A DNA stretch of 37,284 nucleotides from Candidatus Zambryskiibacteriota bacterium. GTDB taxonomy: Bacteria; Patescibacteriota; Minisyncoccia; Phycocordibacterales; DATDWN01. A program made the translations under genes and the position numbers. This document shows positions 26,012 through 34,384 of the stretch, piece after piece (the stretch's first letter is position 1; each line of letters starts with the position of its first letter). The notes under the pieces were generated by a model. It made no database searches. It was not told the DNA's origin and saw only the letters and a list, made by a program, of their open reading frames with translations. The stretch is taken from positions 1 to 37,284 of the forward strand of contig SIBV01000003.1 in the NCBI GenBank assembly GCA_009694965.1. The letters are read 5' to 3'.

Positions 26012-26019
26012 AAACTAGA

Positions 26020-26048
26020 AGTATGGCGAGGTTTAACCTCGCCATACT
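26020..26048. repeat. REP-like palindrome, right of RAYT, inverted relative to the left copy
   Basis: AGTATGGCGAGGTT-T-AACCTCGCCATACT; A-T to G-C compensatory change versus the left copy. Confidence 0.85.
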
Positions 26049-26114
26049 ATGAGGGAGAAGGTGTTTTGGTAGACCAATTATTTGGACCAATTATTTTTTT
26101 ATTTTACAGACCGA

Positions 26115-27665
26115 CTATTTTAATAACTCAAGAGTAATTTTTCGGATCAGTTCTGGATTGCCAGCGCCTTTCATCGCCTTCATACCATGGCCTACAAAAA
26201 AATGAAGGAGTGATTCTTTGCCGGCTTTGTAGCCCGCAACACTCTCGGGGTTAGTGGTGATTATTTCTTGCATAACTGCTCTAAGCTCTTCTGAATCATT
26301 TTTCTGAATCAATCCTTTCTCTTTTGCAATCACTTCTGGACTTCCGCCGACTACATACATTATTTTTAAAACATCCTTTGCTCCACGTGATGACAAGTCG
26401 CCACTTTTAATCATAATTATTAAACTTACAAAATTTTCAACTTCAATAAGTCCCAAAGAAAACTCATTTCCAGCAACTTTCGAAAGTCCGATAATATCTG
26501 ATGTAATGTAATTTGATGCAGACTGAACAATTTCTGAGCCTTGAGCTATTAATTGTTTGGAAACTGTTTCAAAGAAATTACACGCTTCCCTATTGTTTAT
26601 GTATGTCTCGATATCCGAACTCTTTAGACCAAAATCTTTTGAGAACCTTTCTCTCTTTTGTTGAGGTAGTTCTGGTATTGATTTTTTTATTGTTTCATAA
26701 TCAAATTCTGGAATTTCTGAAATAAATATCTTTGGTAAATCAGGTTCAGGGAAATATCTGTAGTCATGAGCGGACTCTTTTGCTCTTTGACTGAAAGTCA
26801 CACTTTTGTTTTCATCCCACCCGCGGGTTTCCTGGATCACCTTTTCTCCCTTTTCCAAAATTGATTTTTGTCTTTCGAATTCAAAATCAATAGCCTTTCC
26901 AGCAGCTCGGAAGGAGTTTATATTTTTTACCTCCACTTTCGTCCCTAATTGGTCATTGGACATTGGAACTTGGGATTTATTGACGCTTATATTCACCTCA
27001 ACTCTCATTTCCCCTTTTTCCATGTTGGCATCAGATACTCCTAAATATTGAAGAAGTAGTTGAAACTCTCTGGCAAAATTCATAGCATCAACACTTGAGT
27101 GAATTACAGGTTCTGTAACTAATTCCATCAAAGGCACCCCTGCTCTGTTATAGTCAACTAAAGAATTTTCAGTTCTCAATTTTGCAATTTTCATTGAATT
27201 TTCAATGTTTGAATTTTCATTGGAAATTGACTCATTGAGATTTGATTGGAAATTGGAAATTGGAAATTGTGAATTAGCCCCACTGTCATGTATCGATCTT
27301 GCAGTATCTTCTTCAAGATGGATGCGAGTTAAATCCACTCCGTCAATAGAGCCCCCAGAAACTAGAGGGTATTTATACTGACTTATCTGATACCCTTTTG
27401 GGATATCAGGATAGAAATAGTTCTTTCTATCGAACTCAGTAAAGTTGGCGAGCTTGCTCCCTACAGCCACCCCCACAGACAAAACCTTTTTAATGGCCTC
27501 CTTGTTTATAACAGGGAGCGTCCCAGGGTGACCCATACATATTGGACAGATATTTGCGTTTGGAGACTTTTCTTCTGGATCGTTTTTACATCCACAAAAC
27601 ATTTTACTCTTTGTTTTGAGTTCAGCGTGAATCTCGAGACCAACTGTTATCTTATAATCTGACAT
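26115..27665 (-). CDS. gatB: Asp/Glu-tRNA amidotransferase subunit B with two repeat-derived insertions
   Basis: VGLEIHAEL, FDRKNYFYPD, RIHLEED, DYNRAGVPLMELVTEP, VEVKN, DYRYFPEPDL. Confidence 0.97.
   Translation of the reverse strand: MSDYKITVGLEIHAELKTKSKMFCGCKNDPEEKSPNANICPICMGHPGTLPVINKEAIKKVLSVGVAVGSKLANFTEFDRKNYFYPDIPKGYQISQYKYPLVSGGSIDGVDLTRIHLEEDTARSIHDSGANSQFPISNFQSNLNESISNENSNIENSMKIAKLRTENSLVDYNRAGVPLMELVTEPVIHSSVDAMNFAREFQLLLQYLGVSDANMEKGEMRVEVNISVNKSQVPMSNDQLGTKVEVKNINSFRAAGKAIDFEFERQKSILEKGEKVIQETRGWDENKSVTFSQRAKESAHDYRYFPEPDLPKIFISEIPEFDYETIKKSIPELPQQKRERFSKDFGLKSSDIETYINNREACNFFETVSKQLIAQGSEIVQSASNYITSDIIGLSKVAGNEFSLGLIEVENFVSLIIMIKSGDLSSRGAKDVLKIMYVVGGSPEVIAKEKGLIQKNDSEELRAVMQEIITTNPESVAGYKAGKESLLHFFVGHGMKAMKGAGNPELIRKITLELLK
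26947..26978. repeat. Single arm of a related heptamer array in frame in gatB
   Basis: ATTGGTC ATTGGAC ATTGGAA CTTGGGA; encodes KSQVPMSNDQ between NISV and GTKVEVKN. Confidence 0.6.
27163..27275. repeat. Heptamer inverted-array element in frame within gatB
   Basis: Encodes NSQFPISNFQSNLNESISNENSNIENSMKIAKLRTENS between HLEED..H and LVDYNR; centre nearly identical to the lepA copy. Confidence 0.88.
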
Positions 27666-27677
27666 ATGTAGATAATT

Positions 27678-28643
27678 TTACAGTTTTTCTAAAATCTTTA
27701 CCAATGAATCGCTTAAATTCTTTACTGATGCATCATCGATAATAGATAGGGACAAAACGTTTTCGTGGGTTTTTTGGAATAGTTTAATGTGTGATTTTAG
27801 AGTCTTTTCGTCAATCAGATCAATTTTTGTTAGCAAGACAACTTCGGGTTTTTTCAAAAGTTCTTTATCATAAAGTGAAAGTTCCTTTCGGATAGTTTTG
27901 TAAACAGCCAAAGGTTTTTCATTTTCACTAGAAATACAGTGAAGAAGCATTTTGGTTCTAGCAATGTGTCGAAGAAACTTGTGCCCCAACCCCTTTCCCT
28001 CGTGAGCCCCTTCTATAAGTCCTGGTATATCTGCAATAACGAAACCATACAAATCTCCTAGGTTTGGTGAAAGTGTAGTGAATTGATAACTTCCAACTTT
28101 TGCTTTGGCCCGAGTCAAGGAATTCAGTAAACTTGATTTTCCGGCATTTGGTAGACCGACAAGTCCCAAGTCAACGACTAGTTTTAATTCAACAAAAAAC
28201 TCTCCGCCCTGTCCAAGCTTTCCTCTGGTAGACTCTTGAGGCTTAACGTTTGTTGGTCCTTTGAAGTGGTCGTTTCCATACCCTCCCCATCCACCCTTCA
28301 AAAAGAATATCGTCTCTTCATTCAAGATCTCAACTTCTTCAAGAGTTTCTGTATTTTTTACAACTGTGCCAATAGGCAACTCAATGGTTATATCTTTACC
28401 AGATCTTCCGTGCATACATTTACCTCTCCCTTTTTGACCATCTTCAGCTTTAAAATCTTTTATGAACTTATACTCGGCCAGTCTTCCAATATCGTGAACG
28501 CCTTTGAGATAGACACTTCCGCCCTTACCACCGTCTCCTCCCCCAGGACCTGCATGGTCAATACCCTTCTCATGCTTCCATGAAACTATGCCGTCCCCTC
28601 CGTTTCCAGCCCATATATTGAGTGTTAATTCATCTATAAACAT
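27678..28643 (-). CDS. obg: GTPase Obg/CgtA (no C-terminal domain)
   Basis: MFIDE..AGNGGDG Gly-rich Obg fold, GLPNAGKSS, FTTL.PNLG, DIPGLIEGA, TKID. Confidence 0.96.
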   Translation of the reverse strand: MFIDELTLNIWAGNGGDGIVSWKHEKGIDHAGPGGGDGGKGGSVYLKGVHDIGRLAEYKFIKDFKAEDGQKGRGKCMHGRSGKDITIELPIGTVVKNTETLEEVEILNEETIFFLKGGWGGYGNDHFKGPTNVKPQESTRGKLGQGGEFFVELKLVVDLGLVGLPNAGKSSLLNSLTRAKAKVGSYQFTTLSPNLGDLYGFVIADIPGLIEGAHEGKGLGHKFLRHIARTKMLLHCISSENEKPLAVYKTIRKELSLYDKELLKKPEVVLLTKIDLIDEKTLKSHIKLFQKTHENVLSLSIIDDASVKNLSDSLVKILEKL

Positions 28644-28661
28644 GAGCTCATGTTATCACAT

Positions 28662-28749
28662 AATTTTCAATTTACAATTCTCAATTTTCAATGAATTTTC
28701 AATGAATTAAAGGGTTTTTTGGAAATTGTAAAATTGAAAATTGAAAATT
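28662..28749. repeat. Heptamer inverted-array element upstream of obg
   Basis: AATTTTCAATTTACAATTCTCAATTTTCAATG ... GGAAATTGTAAAATTGAAAATTGAAAATT. Confidence 0.85.
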
Positions 28750-28836
28750 TTTTTTTCAATTTTAGTGAAAAAATAGTTATCCCCAACATAGAAATTTGCA
28801 AAAAAATTACAATCTGGTACAAATATGGAAATTCCA

Positions 28837-28946
28837 ATACGAATATGCGAATGAAACGAATAATGCGAATGTATACGAATAAATACAATCCGTTTTCTAT
28901 CATTCGTAGCCATTCGTAGCTTGGTATTATTCGTTAATTCGTATAT
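28837..28946. repeat. (TACGAAT)n...(ATTCGTA)n hairpin, copy 2
   Basis: Five CGAAT units then about five ATTCGT units. Confidence 0.8.
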
Positions 28947-28960
28947 TTAATTAAAAAATT

Positions 28961-29152
28961 ATGGATGACACATTAGACCCAGAAAAAGAGATTGATGAAA
29001 CAGAAGACGAAGTGGATGACGATGCCATCCTAGGTTTGGTGCCTAAAAAAGGGAAGGTGGCAAAAGAAGAAGACGATTCTGTGGATGCCCTGGCTGAGGA
29101 GGAAGAGGAGATATTGCCGGAAGATTCGTTTGACGATGTTGACTTGTTGTAA
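28961..29152 (+). CDS. Small, very acidic hypothetical protein
   Basis: 28 of 63 residues are Asp/Glu; fills the gap between obg and tyrS. Confidence 0.6.
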   Translation: MDDTLDPEKEIDETEDEVDDDAILGLVPKKGKVAKEEDDSVDALAEEEEEILPEDSFDDVDLL

Positions 29153-29178
29153 TTAACTTTTTGTGTTTATTCTCAAAA

Positions 29179-30393
29179 CTACAAAACTTTTATTTTTATA
29201 AATCTCCTCTTGCCTATCTTATAGACCCCGTCTTGTACCTTAAATTCTGTATCAGTTATTTTTTCTTCTGTTTCCATATTGCTAACAGCTCCTTCAGAAA
29301 CCAACCTTCTCCATTCTGATTTAGATATAACGATTTGCTCCACCATAAGGATGTCTACAAACAAAGTGCCTTTTGCAACCGTTACTTCTAGCACATCCTC
29401 CGGTGTCCCCCCTTTGGAAAAAATCTTTTCAAAGTTTTCTTGTGCAGTCTCAGCAGATTTTTCAGAATGTAATTGAGAAATTATAATTCTAGCCACATGC
29501 TTTTTGAGTTCCATTGGATTTTTTTGTATTTCAAAAGATTGAATGTCTTCGTTTGGAATATCTGTTAAGAGAGTAAACATTGGAATTATAGAATCATCAC
29601 CAAGTGACATAATTTTCCCAAATAGATCGTTTGGCTCGTCTGTTAGCCCAATAACATTTCCTTCACTCTTGCCAATTTTTACTCCCTTAGAATCTGCTAG
29701 TATGGGCATAGTCATAACAAATTTTTCCTTACCCTTCATTGCTTTCATAAGCATCCGTCCTGCAAGCATATTAAATGTTTGATCCGACCCACCCAATTCT
29801 AAATCCACATCCATTGCCACAGAATCGTATCCTTGTAAAAGAGGATACAAAAACTCTCTAAGGTTTATAGACTCTCCTGCTTTTAAACGATCCTGGAACA
29901 TATCTCTCTCAATCAATTGTTGAACTGAAAAATGTTGGGCTATATTCAAAATATCAGTTTTGGTTAGTTTGTTTAACCAATCCCCGTTATATAAAATCTT
30001 AATTGGATTTTGTCCGTGAAAACGAACTATTTTTGAAGCTTGATTGATGTAATTTTTTGCATTGGCGCGTAATTCTTCGCTAGTAAAGAATTTTTCTCTT
30101 GTTTTTTTCTTCCCTGAAGGATCTCCTGCTTCTCCAGTACCATCACCTATAAGAAAAATCACTTCATGTCCTAAATCCTGCCACTGTCTGTGTTTTCGGA
30201 GCCCCACCATGTGTCCCAAGTGAAGTTTGTCTCCAGTCGGATCAAAACCTTGATATAGCTTTAACTTTTTTCCAGACAAAAGGACACTTTCCAGCATTTC
30301 TTTTGTAGGGTAAATTTTATCCACTCCTCGAGTCAGTAATTCCTCAATTTTCTCTTTATCTACTATAATTTTTGGCTTTCGAAAGTTAAACAT
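29179..30393 (-). CDS. tyrS: Tyrosyl-tRNA synthetase
   Basis: GFDPTG..LHLGH, EFLYPLLQGYDS, GGSDQ.FN, KIGKS, C-terminal S4 domain. Confidence 0.97.
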   Translation of the reverse strand: MFNFRKPKIIVDKEKIEELLTRGVDKIYPTKEMLESVLLSGKKLKLYQGFDPTGDKLHLGHMVGLRKHRQWQDLGHEVIFLIGDGTGEAGDPSGKKKTREKFFTSEELRANAKNYINQASKIVRFHGQNPIKILYNGDWLNKLTKTDILNIAQHFSVQQLIERDMFQDRLKAGESINLREFLYPLLQGYDSVAMDVDLELGGSDQTFNMLAGRMLMKAMKGKEKFVMTMPILADSKGVKIGKSEGNVIGLTDEPNDLFGKIMSLGDDSIIPMFTLLTDIPNEDIQSFEIQKNPMELKKHVARIIISQLHSEKSAETAQENFEKIFSKGGTPEDVLEVTVAKGTLFVDILMVEQIVISKSEWRRLVSEGAVSNMETEEKITDTEFKVQDGVYKIGKRRFIKIKVL

Positions 30394-30445
30394 TTTATTA
30401 GCTTTAGTCCTATTACATTATCATAAATGTGGTAGAATACGAAGG

Positions 30446-32626
30446 ATGAAAAGAGCTCTTTTATTTTTTAAAAAGAAATTAGGCAAGCACGGTATTAGAA
30501 ATATAGCTGTCTTTTTACTAGCGTGTTTTATGGTCTTGGCTAGTATAATGCTTATTTGGGTATCCACCTTCAAAATCCCCTCACTAGACGCGGTAAGGGA
30601 CCGAAAAATCAGCCAATCCACAAAAATTTACGACAATACGGGTAAAATCCTCTTATATGATGTTTTCCAAAAAACAAAAAGGACTGTCGTCCCTTTTGAA
30701 GAAATTTCTCTTTATATAAAAGATGCTACCTTATCTATTGAGGATAAGGAATTCTATACACATAGAGGTTTCAAACCACTTTCTGTTTTGAGAGCGGTTA
30801 TTGTGAACATTTTGTCTTTAAGCTACAGCCAAGGGGGGTCAACTATAACTCAACAGGTTGTAAAAAACTCTATTCTTACAGGTGACAAAACTCCAACTAG
30901 AAAACTGAAGGAGTTGGTGATTTCCTTAAAACTAGAAACGGCAATTTCTAAACAGGAAATATTTAGCATGTATTTAAACGAGATACCTTATGGTGGAAGC
31001 ATTTATGGAGTAGAGGAAGCTAGCCAAACTTTTTTTGGCAAAAAGGCAAGCGAAGTTACAATATCTGAGGCGGCATACCTTGCCTCTCTTCCTCAAGCTC
31101 CTACCTATTTTTCCCCATACGGAAAAAACAAAGTAAAACTAGATGAAAGAAAAAATGTGGTGCTAAGAGAAATGCGAAGGGATGGAAAAATAACTGAAGA
31201 AGAATATACGAAAGCTCTAGCTGAAAAAGTTGAATTTATTCAAAAATCTATTTTTGGAATCAAAGCTCCACACTTTGTGATGTTTGTGAAAGATTATTTG
31301 GAAAAGAAATACGGGAAAGATGTTTTGGAACAAGGTGGTCTCAAAATAATAACAACCTTAAATTATGAACTGCAATCAAAAGCCGAGGCTACTGCAAAGA
31401 AATTTGCCGATATAAATCAAAAGAGTTTTAACGGGTCAAACGACGCTTTTATCGCCATAGATCCGAAGACTGGAGGGATACTAACTATGGTGGGATCTAG
31501 GGACTATTTTGATAAGGAAATTGATGGAAACTTCAATGTTACGACCGCACACAGACAACCTGGGTCGACTTTCAAACCTTTTGCTTACGCTCAAGCTTTC
31601 GTAAAAGGCTACACACCTGAAACTATTGTGTTTGATCTTCCTACCCAGTTCTCAACAAACTGCCCTATAGACGACTTTACAACAACGACAGATGGAAAAT
31701 GTTATGGCCCTGGAAACTATGACGACAAGTTTAGAGGCCCTATGACGCTGCGTGAGGCACTAGCTCAATCTATAAACGTTCCTTCAGTAAAAGTTCTATA
31801 TCTAGCCGGCATTTCTGATTCAATAGACCTTGCGAAGAATATGGGAATAGGTAACCTTCAGAACTCCAACACTTATGGACTTACTCTAGTTTTGGGAGGT
31901 GGTGAAGTTTCACTTCTAGATATGGTTTCGGCTTATGGGGTTTTTGCTACGGAAGGCGTTAGAAATCCATATGTGAGCATACTCAAGGTGGAGGACAAGA
32001 ACGGGAATGTTTTAGAAGAGATTAAACTTCGACCAACACAAGTCTTGGACGCTGAAGTATCTCGAAAAATATCTGATATTCTAAACGATAACATTGCCAG
32101 AACACCACTTTATGGAGCAAACTCTAGAATTTATTTCCCTGGACGAGATGTTGCTGTGAAAACGGGAACTACCAACAACTATAGGGATGCTTGGATTGTG
32201 GGCTACACCCCTAGTGTGGTTGTTGGTACTTGGGCCGGAAACAACGACAACACTCCGATGGCAAAAAAGGTTTCTGGCCTGATAGTTGCTCCTATGTGGA
32301 GAGAGTTTATGGATGAAGTACTAAAAACTGTTCCAGATGAGTCCTTCAATGAACCAGTCTTGGATGATGCTTATGAATTAAAGCCTGTGCTTCGAGGAAA
32401 ATGGCAAGGAGGTGTATCAAACCTAAACCAAAACATTTTAAATGAAAGCGGAGTGCCTTATAGCTCTCTACAAGAGGTATTGTCTGGAGGTGTCCATAGT
32501 ATTCTATATTGGTTAGACAAAGACAATCCGCGTGGAGCACCGCCAACAAACCCTTCTTCAGATCCTCAGTTTGAAAGGTGGGAATACTCCATTCGTAAGT
32601 GGGCAACAACCCAGGGTTACGAATAA
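30446..32626 (+). CDS. Class A penicillin-binding protein (transglycosylase plus transpeptidase)
   Basis: EDKEFY.H.G, QGGSTITQQ, RKLKE, STFK (SxxK), SIN (SxN), KTGT. Confidence 0.95.
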   Translation: MKRALLFFKKKLGKHGIRNIAVFLLACFMVLASIMLIWVSTFKIPSLDAVRDRKISQSTKIYDNTGKILLYDVFQKTKRTVVPFEEISLYIKDATLSIEDKEFYTHRGFKPLSVLRAVIVNILSLSYSQGGSTITQQVVKNSILTGDKTPTRKLKELVISLKLETAISKQEIFSMYLNEIPYGGSIYGVEEASQTFFGKKASEVTISEAAYLASLPQAPTYFSPYGKNKVKLDERKNVVLREMRRDGKITEEEYTKALAEKVEFIQKSIFGIKAPHFVMFVKDYLEKKYGKDVLEQGGLKIITTLNYELQSKAEATAKKFADINQKSFNGSNDAFIAIDPKTGGILTMVGSRDYFDKEIDGNFNVTTAHRQPGSTFKPFAYAQAFVKGYTPETIVFDLPTQFSTNCPIDDFTTTTDGKCYGPGNYDDKFRGPMTLREALAQSINVPSVKVLYLAGISDSIDLAKNMGIGNLQNSNTYGLTLVLGGGEVSLLDMVSAYGVFATEGVRNPYVSILKVEDKNGNVLEEIKLRPTQVLDAEVSRKISDILNDNIARTPLYGANSRIYFPGRDVAVKTGTTNNYRDAWIVGYTPSVVVGTWAGNNDNTPMAKKVSGLIVAPMWREFMDEVLKTVPDESFNEPVLDDAYELKPVLRGKWQGGVSNLNQNILNESGVPYSSLQEVLSGGVHSILYWLDKDNPRGAPPTNPSSDPQFERWEYSIRKWATTQGYE

Positions 32627-32690
32627 TTTTCAATTTTTAAACAGATTCAAATGCTTTAGTTTAGAAATTAGAAATTGAAAATTAGAAATT
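32625..32690. repeat. Short heptamer inverted-array element between convergent stops
   Basis: AATTTTCAATTTTTAA ... TTAGAAATTAGAAATTGAAAATTAGAAATT. Confidence 0.7.
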
Positions 32691-32692
32691 GT

Positions 32693-32947
32693 TTATCTAA
32701 TATCTACTATCTTAAGTCCTGTTAACTGTGTTATTTCCTCTATAATTCTTGTTTTAAATATAAATAGCTTATTTTTTACTCCAGATGAAGCCTTCACCAA
32801 CAAAACACAATCCTTTAACTCAACATCCTCCGGACTTATTTTGATTCCTGTATTTTTATCTATGATTTCTAAAATCTGTCTTCGGTGTAAATCTATAGAA
32901 TTGAGTTTTTTAGTAAACCTTTCTAGATATTTTTGAATATTAAACAT
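32693..32947 (-). CDS. Putative DciA (DUF721)-like replicative helicase loader
   Basis: Downstream of dnaN; LKDCVLLVKASS..KNKL..K.RIIEEI...G.KIVDIR resembles the DciA KH-like fold pattern. Confidence 0.5.
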   Translation of the reverse strand: MFNIQKYLERFTKKLNSIDLHRRQILEIIDKNTGIKISPEDVELKDCVLLVKASSGVKNKLFIFKTRIIEEITQLTGLKIVDIR

Positions 32948-32958
32948 AGTAGATAAAC

Positions 32959-33063
32959 ATACTAATTAACGAATAGAGAAATAATATGAATGACTACGAA
33001 TTAGAGAATTAAAAATTTTATTCGTTGCCATTCGTATATTTGTATTGTTCGCATATTCGTATA
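32959..33063. repeat. (TACGAAT)n...(ATTCGTA)n hairpin, copy 3
   Basis: Degenerate ACGAAT units then ATTCGT units, between dnaN and the DciA-like gene. Confidence 0.75.
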
Positions 33064-33069
33064 TTTATT

Positions 33070-34170
33070 TTATTTGTTCATTGGCATAACAAGGTATAGA
33101 AACGACTTATCATTAACCCCTCTTATCACCATCGGTTTATTGTTGTCAGAAAAACTTAAAGATATACTATCTGCATCAATCGCTTGAAAACAGTCTATAA
33201 TGTACTTATGATTAAAGCTTATTATTATTTCCTCTCCCTTCACTACAGCTTCTAGGTTGTTTACATTTTCCCCCACATCCATATTTTTGGTTGTAATTTT
33301 GAAGTTCTTGTCTTTTGGCGAAACATGGAAAATAACCTGACTAAACTTATCTGCAAAAATATTGGAAATACGGAGTCCGCTTATTAAATCTTGTTTCAAA
33401 ACTACAACCTCTGTTTTTATATCCTTAGGAATAATTTGCTTATAATCAGGAAAAACACCATCAATAACCCTGGATGTTATATATAAATCATTGTGAGAAA
33501 ATGCTATTTGGTTGTCATTTAGAAAAACCTCAACATCGTCTTTTATATCATCAATCGTTCTAATTATTTCTCCAACATTTTTAAAAGGTATTAATATTTG
33601 ATTGAATTCTTTGTGTTTTTTGGCTCCTATTCTTTTTTCAGCAAGTCTAAATGAGTCAGTGGCAGCAAAAACCACATCATCTTCATCTGAAGCAACTAAA
33701 ATACTAGCTAAAACTGGACGGATAGTAGAAACAGAGGAACTATATAAAACCGCTTTAAAGCCTTTTATTAAACCAGCAACATTAAATGTAAAAGGTTTAT
33801 TACTCACTACTTTTGGGATATTTGGAAAATCATCGACTGGAAAAGCTTTAATGAGTGATTGTGAGTGTTTTGTAGAAACTTTTAGGTTTCCTTCAACTAC
33901 TTCTAAATTTATATTTTTATCATTGGTTATGTTTGAAATAAAATTATATAAAACAGACCCAGAAACAGCGATGCTTCCAGGTTTAATAACTTTTACTGGA
34001 ATACTTATTTCTATTCCTAAATCTAAATTTGTAGCTTTTATAATAAGAGTTGAATTTTTTGCCTCAAGTAAAATACAATTTAATATTGGCAGTGTTATGT
34101 TTTTACCTGTAATTCTTTCTGCTTTACCTATCGCATAAGCCAACTTATCTTTGATACATTCTATATTCAT
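33070..34170 (-). CDS. dnaN: DNA polymerase III beta clamp
   Basis: LPILNCILL, ATNLD, AATDSFRLAE, SRVIDGVFPDYKQIIP, YLVMPM. Confidence 0.97.
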   Translation of the reverse strand: MNIECIKDKLAYAIGKAERITGKNITLPILNCILLEAKNSTLIIKATNLDLGIEISIPVKVIKPGSIAVSGSVLYNFISNITNDKNINLEVVEGNLKVSTKHSQSLIKAFPVDDFPNIPKVVSNKPFTFNVAGLIKGFKAVLYSSSVSTIRPVLASILVASDEDDVVFAATDSFRLAEKRIGAKKHKEFNQILIPFKNVGEIIRTIDDIKDDVEVFLNDNQIAFSHNDLYITSRVIDGVFPDYKQIIPKDIKTEVVVLKQDLISGLRISNIFADKFSQVIFHVSPKDKNFKITTKNMDVGENVNNLEAVVKGEEIIISFNHKYIIDCFQAIDADSISLSFSDNNKPMVIRGVNDKSFLYLVMPMNK

Positions 34171-34384
34171 AGTAGTAGTCTAATTTTATTTTTTTAAAGG
34201 ATTTATTACTATTATAGGGTTTTTTATGTGGATAATCCTCATATCCTTATATTATAAGCCTTATAATAAGTATTTTGTCTGTGGATAAGTGTGCTTTATA
34301 TGTGTATAACCAGGTCTTTTATATTACAATCCACATACTGTTTATTGTTTTTACCTAACTTATCTACATACTATACACAAAGTT
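34171..34384. other. Probable replication origin (oriC) between dnaA and dnaN
   Basis: DnaA boxes TGTGGATAA (34227, 34280), TGTGTATAA (34301), near-matches TTATCTACA (34360) and CTATACACA (34371); AT-rich stretch toward dnaN. Confidence 0.8.

Noticed and set aside
18747-27275. Inteins or self-splicing introns as the lepA/gatB insertions
   Set aside because: Too short, no C/S...HN intein ends or group I/II core motifs, and composed of heptamer repeats
28688-28919. Three short overlapping ORFs upstream of obg
   Set aside because: Low-complexity translations of the heptamer and TACGAAT arrays
34170-34220. DnaA-trio unwinding element
   Set aside because: TAA/TAG triplets lie near the first DnaA box, but spacing and register are ambiguous in such AT-rich sequence, so it is not called separately
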